Positions 1-6,501 of a stretch of 24,765 bases of DNA are shown here, in pieces. The position numbers were made by a program, and so were the translations under genes. The number at the start of each line of letters is the position of its first letter. The first letter of the stretch is position 1. The stretch comes from Bacteroidota bacterium. GTDB lineage: Bacteria > Bacteroidota > Bacteroidia > J057. The notes below the pieces were generated by a model, which had not been told where the DNA came from, searched no databases, and worked only from the letters and a program-made list of their open reading frames with translations. The stretch is taken from positions 1-24,765 of the forward strand of contig JBCCCJ010000001.1 in assembly GCA_039033615.1 (NCBI GenBank). The letters are read 5' to 3'.

Positions 1-358
1 GCTGCTTTCGCTTCCGGAATATCGGCTCAATTTCGTCTAATGGACGAGACAGTTTCACTCCCAATAGCTGATGTAACCGATAAAGTCGTAGCGCAGGGAA
101 AGCAACCAACAAGCCTATGGTGATCCCTCCGATGGCCTGTAACAAGGGCTGGTTGAAAGTCGAAAACTGATAGACAAACAAAGCGGCGAAGTACCAGCAA
201 GTAGCAAGCGCCAGCCATTCCGGCCAGAGAATCCGTCCCAGGGTTTTTCGATAGCGTTTTTGTAGCTGCTTACGCAGGTGTTCATTTCGCAAACTTGGAT
301 GGGCCTGAGCTTGCTGATCAAGAGCCTCCCAGCTGTTTTGTAATTCGTCGAAATTCAT
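1..358 (-). CDS. Membrane protein, putative anti-sigma/ECF partner (partial, runs off the left edge)
   Basis: Not in the ORF track. ATG at 358 overlaps the sigma-factor TGA (ATGA, 355-358). Reads MNFDELQNSWEALDQQAQAHPSLRNEHLRKQLQKRYRKTLGRILWPEWLALATCWYFAALFVYQFSTFNQPLLQAIGGITIGLLVAFPALRLYRL..., open to position 1, with a short helical N-terminus and two hydrophobic segments. Confidence 0.85.
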   Translation of the reverse strand, partial: MNFDELQNSWEALDQQAQAHPSLRNEHLRKQLQKRYRKTLGRILWPEWLALATCWYFAALFVYQFSTFNQPLLQAIGGITIGLLVAFPALRLYRLHQLLGVKLSRPLDEIEPIFRKRKQ

Positions 359-846
359 GATTCTGTGGATAAGGATGCCTGAATTTTTTGTTTGACTCGG
401 GACAAGCGGGTTCCAACATTGGTTTCAGAGAGGCCCGTGATTTCAGCAATCTCGCGGTAGCTCTTTTTCTCCAAATGCAAGAGAATCAAACTCTTTTCCA
501 TGGGGTTGAGGGTTTGGAGATGTTGCTGCAGCAGGAGCCATTGTTCATCCAGTGGATTGGGGTCGTCCTGTATCGGTTCGGGATGTGAACGGGAAAATGG
601 TAACAACTGCGGTTTCCTTCGTTTTCGCTTCACTTGATAAATGGCCGTATTCATCGCCACTCGATACATCCAGGTAGATAGTTGAGCTTTGCCCGAAAAG
701 GAATCAAAGGACTTCCACAACTGATAAATCATCTCCTGCATCAAATCTTCCCGGTCTGATGGATGATCGGTATAGAGACTGGCCACCTTGAAAAGAATGG
801 CCCGATGGGCAGAGATGGCTGCGATGAATTGTTGTTCCTGATTCAC
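355..846 (-). CDS. RNA polymerase ECF-type sigma-70 factor
   Basis: 163 aa, GTG start. Region 2 motif EDLMQEMIYQLWKS...F.GKAQLSTWMYRVAMNTAI and region 4 HTH SYREIAEITGLSETNVGTRLSRVK. Confidence 0.96.
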   Translation of the reverse strand: MNQEQQFIAAISAHRAILFKVASLYTDHPSDREDLMQEMIYQLWKSFDSFSGKAQLSTWMYRVAMNTAIYQVKRKRRKPQLLPFSRSHPEPIQDDPNPLDEQWLLLQQHLQTLNPMEKSLILLHLEKKSYREIAEITGLSETNVGTRLSRVKQKIQASLSTES

Positions 847-919
847 GACAGTAAGCTTGATGCAACAGGTGGTTTTCAGCTAGTAAGTGTATCCCAATCT
901 GGATTCATCACAAGGATTC

Positions 920-954
920 AAAAAAAATCCCAGTCCGAAGCAATTCAGACTGGG
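920..954 (-). terminator. Intrinsic terminator downstream of the 982-1473 gene
   Basis: Minus strand: CCCAGTCTGAA-TTGC-TTCGGACTGGG (11-bp stem with one G-U pair) followed by ATTTTTTTT. Confidence 0.85.
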
Positions 955-981
955 AGGGAAATAGGAGGTGAACATGAATCT

Positions 982-1473
982 CTATTTCTTGAACCGATAG
1001 GGCAGCTTGGGCTTCCTGAAACTCAGGAATTCTGCGGCCCCAGATGCTTGCGGCGTCAGGGAAAGGCGCACTTCATAGGTTCCACCGGGAAGTTCATCAA
1101 ATAGGTCTCCAGGGAAGAACAAATCTCCGGGGAACCATTCTTTGTTGGGCCTGAGGGGCGCCTTTACCCGATTGGAAGTAGCCACGACCTTTCCCGATTG
1201 GTCCAGCAACTGAGCCTGAACGAAAAAAATCAGGTAAGACTCGCCATCTTTTCCGATTTCGTAAAACCCAACCAGGTTGTCGTACAGCTCGTGGGAGGCA
1301 TCGACCTGGAAGAAAGAGCCAAATCCCCGCAGCGCATGTAATTGTACCAGAAATTCCTGAGGTGCTTCCGCAAGTTGCGCCGCGCCTTTTTTATCGGCGG
1401 TAGGGGTGATGGTCGCCTGTCCCAACATTGCAACAGACCAACCCATCAATAAGAGGGTGAAAACAGATTTCAT
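982..1473 (-). CDS. Secreted hypothetical protein (163 aa) with tandem FPGDLF motif
   Basis: The ORF track gives 982-1626. The likely start is ATG 1473 (MKSVFTLLLMGWSVAMLGQA, signal-peptide-like); the upstream 51 codons are not protein-like and cross a hairpin and the MITE end. Beta-rich mature region containing WFPGDLFFPGDLF. Confidence 0.8.
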   Translation of the reverse strand: MKSVFTLLLMGWSVAMLGQATITPTADKKGAAQLAEAPQEFLVQLHALRGFGSFFQVDASHELYDNLVGFYEIGKDGESYLIFFVQAQLLDQSGKVVATSNRVKAPLRPNKEWFPGDLFFPGDLFDELPGGTYEVRLSLTPQASGAAEFLSFRKPKLPYRFKK

Positions 1474-1485
1474 GTATCCGTGATG

Positions 1486-1525
1486 AAAAAAGAAACAAAA
1501 AAGGGTAGGCGGGAAACACCTACCC
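1486..1525 (-). terminator. Terminator-like hairpin with U-tract immediately upstream of the 1473 start codon
   Basis: Minus strand: GGGTAGGTG-TTTCC-CGCCTACCC (9-bp stem) followed by TTTTTTGTTTCTTTTTT, ending 12 nt before the ATG. Confidence 0.7.
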
Positions 1526-1585
1526 AAATTGGGACAGAAAATATGGTTCTGCAAGTTCTTTGGTCGAATCCTTTCCCTGAAGACT

Positions 1586-1864
1586 GGGTGTATCCCAACA
1601 TGTCGCAAGCCCTCACATGAAGCCATTCATTTTTTGCCACGAATGCACGAATTTTCCCTCCCAGATCCTTCATTCGTTGAAATTCGCTGCGCAATTGGTA
1701 ACGGATGCTTTTGAAGGCGAATCGCACAAATTTGAATCACCAACTTCTGCCCTGAATTCGTTAGATGGTTCGGCAGGCTCACCACAGGTCCGTGGCTCAT
1801 TTTGTCGCCTTACCGACTCAAAGAAAATCAATGCATGCGAAAAACGACAGAATGGGATACACCC
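1586..1864. mobile_element. Non-autonomous miniature inverted-repeat element (MITE-like), 279 bp
   Basis: Terminal inverted repeats GGGTGTATCCCAacaTGTCG (1586-1605) and CGACAgaaTGGGATACACCC (1845-1864), 17/20 match with the outer 12 perfect. Flanked by the direct repeat CTGAAGACT at 1577-1585 and 1865-1873. No transposase ORF inside. Confidence 0.82.
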
Positions 1865-1995
1865 CTGAAGACTTCGGCAGCTCTTACCTAGATTTTTGTA
1901 CCTTTTCTGCGAAATACTCTCAGACAGCTGTTTCAAGCAATTCCCTCCGCACTAAACCTTGCCGTTGGCTTCCTGATCCCTGACTACCTCTACTC

Positions 1996-3567
1996 ATGCT
2001 TACCGTCCTCTCCTTTCTTGCCTTCACGGGCTTTGTTGCTTTCTTCTCCTGGTATCACCTCCGCAAGGAATCCCTGCAATCCACAGAAGGATTCTTCCTT
2101 GGGGGGCGCAGCCTTACTGGGGTAGTGATTGCTGGGTCAATGGTCCTGACCAACATTTCCACCGAACACCTCATCGGAATGAATGGCTCGGCCTATAAAG
2201 ACGGTTTCATCATCATTGCCTGGGAGGTTACTTCGGCTGTTGCTCTGGCGATTGCAGCCCTGTATTTTCTTCCCAAATACCTCAAAATGGGGCTGACCAC
2301 CATTCCCGAATATCTGGAAAGGCGATTCGATGGCACGACCCGAACGTTGGTGGCCTTTTTCCTGATCGTCTCCTTTGTGGTGTCCCTGCTGCCGATTGTT
2401 CTCTACACCGGAGCGATCAATTTTGAAAGCATTTTTGAGGTATCAGCCACGCTAGGAATCAGCGAATCGCAAGGCATCCTGCTGATGGTATGGAGCATCG
2501 GACTGCTCGGGTCTGTGTATGCCATTTTTGGCGGACTAAAAGCCGTGGCTTATTCTGACACGCTCAATGGCTACGGCTTGCTGCTCGGGGGCTTGCTGGT
2601 GCCGATCTTTGCTTTATGGGAAATCGGTAGTGGGAATCTCTGGCAAGGCTTGACCACCGTCTATGAGCACGCCCCGGAAAAATTCAACGTGATCGGGGCC
2701 TCGGATTCGGTATTGCCGTTCGAAGTGCTGTTCACGGGTCTCATCATCAACCAGCTTTATTTCTGGGGGATGAATCAGACCATCATTCAGCGGGCGTTGG
2801 GGGCGAAAAACCTCAAGGAAGGACAAAAAGGCCTGCTCTATGCCGGGGTCTTGAAAATCTTAATTCCCCTCATCATCATTCTGCCGGGCACCATCGCCTT
2901 CTACTATTTCGGAGAAAGTTTGTACGAAAGTTCGGATTCGGTTTATCCTGCCTTGGTGAAAAGGGTCCTCCCTGCCAGCCTGACGGGATTTTTTGCTGCG
3001 GTAGTCATGGGAGCCGTGCTGAGTACCTTCAATAGTGTGTTGAACAGCGCTGCCACCATTTTCAGCATGGGTATTTTCCAGCGCCTGATTCGACCACAAG
3101 CAGATGATCGGCAATTGGTGCGTGTGGGCAAAATCACCTCTGCCATCCTCGCGGTGATCGCCATGATCGTGGCCCCTTCCGTCGCCAATGCCCCGGCTGG
3201 TCTCTACGATCTCCTCCAAAAGCTCAACGGGATTTTCTTCATTCCCATTGCCTCCATTTTGCTGGCGGGCTTCTTCTTGCCTCGGGTATCCGCCAAAGCC
3301 GCCAAAACTGGCCTACTGTTTGGGTTGAGCTTCTACATTCTGGTGACCTTCGTCCTCGAAGCAGATCTCCACTATGTCCACGTCTGGGGGATAGAATTTC
3401 TGCTCAATATGGGCATCATGCTCGGCATTTCGTATTTCCAGCCACGTACGGAATCCATGGCCGAAACCCCGCAAGTAGTTGAGTTGGAACCCTGGCGATA
3501 TGCCAAACCCTTAGGCATTGCGCTCAGTGTGATCACCGTTCTGATTTACATTTGGTTGGCGCAATAA
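1996..3567 (+). CDS. Sodium:solute symporter (SSS/SLC5 family, YidK-like sugar transporter)
   Basis: 523 aa with many TM helices. Motifs FFLGGRSL, TNISTEHLIGMNGSAY, TIPEYLERRF, YFWGMNQTIIQRALGAK and Na-site-like GAVLSTFNSVLNS. Confidence 0.95.
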   Translation: MLTVLSFLAFTGFVAFFSWYHLRKESLQSTEGFFLGGRSLTGVVIAGSMVLTNISTEHLIGMNGSAYKDGFIIIAWEVTSAVALAIAALYFLPKYLKMGLTTIPEYLERRFDGTTRTLVAFFLIVSFVVSLLPIVLYTGAINFESIFEVSATLGISESQGILLMVWSIGLLGSVYAIFGGLKAVAYSDTLNGYGLLLGGLLVPIFALWEIGSGNLWQGLTTVYEHAPEKFNVIGASDSVLPFEVLFTGLIINQLYFWGMNQTIIQRALGAKNLKEGQKGLLYAGVLKILIPLIIILPGTIAFYYFGESLYESSDSVYPALVKRVLPASLTGFFAAVVMGAVLSTFNSVLNSAATIFSMGIFQRLIRPQADDRQLVRVGKITSAILAVIAMIVAPSVANAPAGLYDLLQKLNGIFFIPIASILLAGFFLPRVSAKAAKTGLLFGLSFYILVTFVLEADLHYVHVWGIEFLLNMGIMLGISYFQPRTESMAETPQVVELEPWRYAKPLGIALSVITVLIYIWLAQ

Positions 3568-3578
3568 AGAACCAGGTA

Positions 3579-3689
3579 TTACATCCGAAACGCTCCATCA
3601 TAGATGGCGACACTGCCCCCATCTCCATGTTGAATGCCCAGAATCTTGACGCCATCTTTTTCCACAATCGAAATCGCAGATGCTTCTAA
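3579..3689 (-). other. Out-of-frame C-terminal continuation of the 3686-4666 gene
   Basis: The -1 frame reads LEASAISIVEKDGVKILGIQHGDGGSVAIYDGAFRM* (TAA at 3579-3581). One extra T in the run at 3688-3691 would join it to the main ORF. Confidence 0.6.
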
Positions 3690-4666
3690 AACGCTTCTCC
3701 CTCTACCTGATATAGGTCTACTTCTTCTCCGGTGCGAGTAGTGATCGCTGCCATATCTTGCAGCTGAAAGATGGTGAGCTGGTTCTCAACGGTTTGTTCG
3801 GTTATGTAATAGTCCATCTCTATCATCCCCACGACTTCCCGAGAAGCAGCCAACTTCTTAATCGCGAGTACTCGGATCACACTTCCGAGCTTGAGTTCCG
3901 GGGGAACAAAATAGCCCACCTGCACCAAATACTCCCCTCTCTCTGCTGACTTGCCAGAGTTCAACACAAAGACTTCATAGTCTCGCTTCTCTAATAAGGC
4001 TTGCGCGTCTATCTCTACCTCCGGGGTGAATAGGTCCCAAGGCGAGGTTTCTTCTTTCGGAGCAGAAGGGGGCGAACTAGGCGTGTCTTCTTCCTCTCCT
4101 ACCAGCAGGTCGTACCAATTCTTGCTCGAAGTTCCTTGCTCCTCCGCCGCCACAGATTGGTCAGTTTCCCGCCCGATATATTCCAAATCGAGTGTTCCCT
4201 GTCCCCCATTGCTGAGACCATAGCGGTATGCCAGATCATCTGTCAGGGTGCCATTGAACACATACTGAAATGCCGCTCCCTTCTCCAAAACCATATGGTC
4301 GATCAAGCCCGGCACCCCAGACTCACCGCTATATTCGACACCGCCTTGTTTCGTCAGCTGATAAGAGACGCGGTAATCATCCGTTCGATACGTTTGCGCA
4401 ACGACATACCGCTGGGTCATCCTTCCCTGGATTTCAGTGGGTTTGTTACTACTGACAAATACGAGTTTGACCAGTACCACATCGGAGGCAGAGAACTCTG
4501 GCGGGATGGCGATTTCCCAATAATTGGAAAGGGAAGCTGTAATACCCGGTTTGATGGGCGACCGAAATAGGTGGTACGCCTGGGAAGGGAAAGCTTTGCC
4601 AACAATCATCTGGCACATCCCAAGGAGTAGGGTCAATAGCAGGAGCTGATGGAATATTTTTCTCAT
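3686..4666 (-). CDS. Secreted hypothetical protein, two related domains joined by an acidic linker; probably frameshift-truncated
   Basis: Likely start ATG 4666 (MRKIFHQLLLLTLLLGMCQMIVGKA, signal-peptide-like); the ORF track starts at 4702. Stop TAG at 3686-3688 follows a T4 run, and a protein-like continuation exists in the -1 frame to 3579. Confidence 0.75.
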   Translation of the reverse strand: MRKIFHQLLLLTLLLGMCQMIVGKAFPSQAYHLFRSPIKPGITASLSNYWEIAIPPEFSASDVVLVKLVFVSSNKPTEIQGRMTQRYVVAQTYRTDDYRVSYQLTKQGGVEYSGESGVPGLIDHMVLEKGAAFQYVFNGTLTDDLAYRYGLSNGGQGTLDLEYIGRETDQSVAAEEQGTSSKNWYDLLVGEEEDTPSSPPSAPKEETSPWDLFTPEVEIDAQALLEKRDYEVFVLNSGKSAERGEYLVQVGYFVPPELKLGSVIRVLAIKKLAASREVVGMIEMDYYITEQTVENQLTIFQLQDMAAITTRTGEEVDLYQVEGEAF

Positions 4667-4803
4667 GGAGATAAACTTAGCCAAACCGGGTGGTAGCTCC
4701 AAGTTTTTACGCGCTAGGGGGCAGGGAGAAAGGGTCGGTCCCTAAGAAGGAGAGGTGATGATGGGTTTGATGATTGGGGAGTAGGGGGATGGGGAAATGC
4801 GTC

Positions 4804-5967
4804 TCACCCAAACAACTCCCCCAATTGCTCCAGGCCAAGCACCCGCACTCCCTTAGAAAGGTCAAAGGATTGATCCACGGGACTGACCACGAATAGCCGC
4901 TCCACCCCTAAGTCTTCTTGAGCAATGAAGAAGCCTTTGCTGGGTTTGGGGGTCTGGCTGTATTTGATTTCGACCAAGATCTCGGGTTTCCCGCCTCGGG
5001 TGATGACCAAGTCTGCCTCCGTGCCCGTATGCGTGCGATAAAAATAGAGTTGCCCCCATTCTGGTAGGATGGCGGCAATCTGTTCGATCACGTAGTTTTC
5101 CCAAGAAGCACCAAGCATAGGGTGCCCACTGAGCTCGGCAAAAGAGGCAATGCCCAGCAACTGATGCAGGAGGCCAGTATCCCGCAGGTACAATTTGGGA
5201 GATTTGACCAGGCGTTTTTTCAGGTTGGTGAAAAAAGGGGGCAATCTGCGGATCAAATAGGCCGCTTCGAAGAAATCCAGGTATCGCTTGACGGTCGTCG
5301 CATGTACCCCTAAGGAACTCGCCAGGGTTTCCAATCGCAATAAATTGCCTGTGATGTGGGCACACATCTGCCACAATCGACTGGTCAGAATCGGGTTGGC
5401 TCCTAACCCCAAGGCAGGCAAATCCCGCTCCAGATAGGTTTGGATGAATTGCTGTCGCCACAAGCGGGACAAGGATTCATCAGGCGCAAGGAACGATTCC
5501 GGGAAGCCACCTCGCACCCAATGCTGACGGAAATCACCCAACGCCTTGACTTCTGACCAAACAAACGGAGGCAATTCATAAAAGCCGATTCGCCCTGCCA
5601 AAGTCTCAGAACTATCCCGAATCAAATCTGGAGAAGCTGAACCCAATAGGATGAATCGGCCAGGTCTTCGGTCTTGATCAATGATCCCTCGTAAAGCAGG
5701 AAACAGATGTGGAACTCGCTGTACTTCGTCCAACATCACGGTATAATCCGCATAGCGATCCAGAAAAAGCGCAGGTTGATCTAGCTTCGCAAGGTCCGCA
5801 GGATTTTCAAGGTCTAAATATAAGGATGGCCGATCCAACACCGCTTGCAAATGGCGCACCAACGAAGTTTTCCCCACTTGCCGAGGCCCCACAAGGGCTA
5901 CAGCGGGGAAGAAGGTCGCCCATGTGAGAATGGTTTCCGTGGCTTGGCGTGGGATGAATGTTTTCAT
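4804..5967 (-). CDS. AAA_14 family ATPase with DUF4143-type C-terminal domain (COG1373-like)
   Basis: 387 aa. Walker A GPRQVGKT, Walker B VMLDEVQ, FILLGS, GGFPE, HTH-like LASSLGVHATTVKRYL, KSPKLYLRDTGLL, and C-terminal EADLV...VEIK. Confidence 0.93.
   Translation of the reverse strand: MKTFIPRQATETILTWATFFPAVALVGPRQVGKTSLVRHLQAVLDRPSLYLDLENPADLAKLDQPALFLDRYADYTVMLDEVQRVPHLFPALRGIIDQDRRPGRFILLGSASPDLIRDSSETLAGRIGFYELPPFVWSEVKALGDFRQHWVRGGFPESFLAPDESLSRLWRQQFIQTYLERDLPALGLGANPILTSRLWQMCAHITGNLLRLETLASSLGVHATTVKRYLDFFEAAYLIRRLPPFFTNLKKRLVKSPKLYLRDTGLLHQLLGIASFAELSGHPMLGASWENYVIEQIAAILPEWGQLYFYRTHTGTEADLVITRGGKPEILVEIKYSQTPKPSKGFFIAQEDLGVERLFVVSPVDQSFDLSKGVRVLGLEQLGELFG
5798..5813. repeat. Intragenic copy of the upstream palindrome arm
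   Basis: GCAGGATTTTCAAGGT. 15 nt (5799-5813) are identical to 5993-6007, and 14 nt (5798-5811) are the reverse complement of 5971-5984. Confidence 0.85.
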
Positions 5968-5970
5968 AAG

Positions 5971-6015
5971 CTTGAAAATCCTGCATAAAATACAGGATTT
6001 TCAAGGTTAAGTCAA
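5971..6015 (-). promoter_or_regulatory. Putative promoter overlapped by a 13-bp-arm palindromic operator
   Basis: CTTGAAAATCCTG (5971-5983) N9 CAGGATTTTCAAG (5993-6005) is a perfect inverted repeat 3 nt upstream of the ATPase ATG. On the minus strand TTGACT (6015-6010) N17 TATTTT (5992-5987) straddles it. Confidence 0.65.
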
Positions 6016-6048
6016 CAGAATGGAAAGCCTAATCCTGCCTTTTCCATC

Positions 6049-6501
6049 TCATATCTCCAGAAAATACCGCTCCTTCGATTTCCCCTCTGCTCCAATCCTC
6101 TCGTAGAACTTCATTGCTCGCTGATTGAAGGCTGGCGTCTGCCACTGAATGAGACTGCAGCCGAGGGATTTACCTTCTTCTTGAATGCGTCGGATCAGTT
6201 GCTCGCCTATGCCGAGGCCGCGGGCTGCTTCCCGCAAAAAGAGGCAATCCATATAGAGATACTGCCCAGCGTCCCAGGTGGCAAACTGCTTCATATAGGT
6301 GGCGTAGCCGACAACTTCGCCTTCGACTTCTGCCACCAACGCATATAGAGCGGGCTGTTTTGCAAATAGATATTGGCGCAATCGCTCGGCCTTTCCGGCT
6401 GGGTCATAGGCAGCTTTTTCAAACTCGGCGTGCAGACCACAAAGCTCCACCAGCGTTTCGAGCTCTCCTTCCCGAATGAATCTGATCTGGACTTCCTTCA
6501 T
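6049..6501 (-). CDS. GNAT family N-acetyltransferase (diamine/PaiA-like)
   Basis: ~150 aa. ALVAEVEGEVVGYA, YLYMDCLFLREAARGLGIGEQL (acetyl-CoA motif A), WQTPAFNQRAMKFYERIG. Start is ATG 6501 or GTG 6504, overlapping the upstream stop. Confidence 0.93.
   Translation of the reverse strand: MKEVQIRFIREGELETLVELCGLHAEFEKAAYDPAGKAERLRQYLFAKQPALYALVAEVEGEVVGYATYMKQFATWDAGQYLYMDCLFLREAARGLGIGEQLIRRIQEEGKSLGCSLIQWQTPAFNQRAMKFYERIGAEGKSKERYFLEI

Noticed and set aside
27-321. ORF-track entries 27-218 and 115-321
   Set aside because: They are alternative frames over the real 1-358 membrane-protein gene.
1474-1626. N-terminal extension of the 214-aa ORF
   Set aside because: It crosses a terminator-like hairpin and the MITE end, and a good signal peptide starts at ATG 1473.
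885-1864. Possible composite element from the solo motif at 887 to the right MITE end, carrying the 163-aa gene
   Set aside because: No target-site duplication (TCAGCTAGT versus CTGAAGACT), and the 887 copy lacks the terminal GG.
1575-1873. CRISPR-like or invertible-promoter reading of the CCCTGAAGACT and GGGATACACCC repeats
   Set aside because: There are only two copies, arranged DR-IR...IR-DR, which fits transposition. No cas or recombinase gene is in the window.
1899-1906. TACCTTTT as a -7 element for the SSS gene
   Set aside because: It mismatches the final G of TAnnTTTG and has no good -33 element; too weak to call.
1470-1983. Several 60-90 aa ORFs across the MITE and divergent spacer
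   Set aside because: No transposase or other recognisable motif, and they cross the element boundaries in conflicting frames.
6020-6047. ATGGAAA/TTTCCAT inverted repeat after the GNAT stop
   Set aside because: AT-rich 7-bp stem with a large loop and poor U-tract; cannot be called a terminator.
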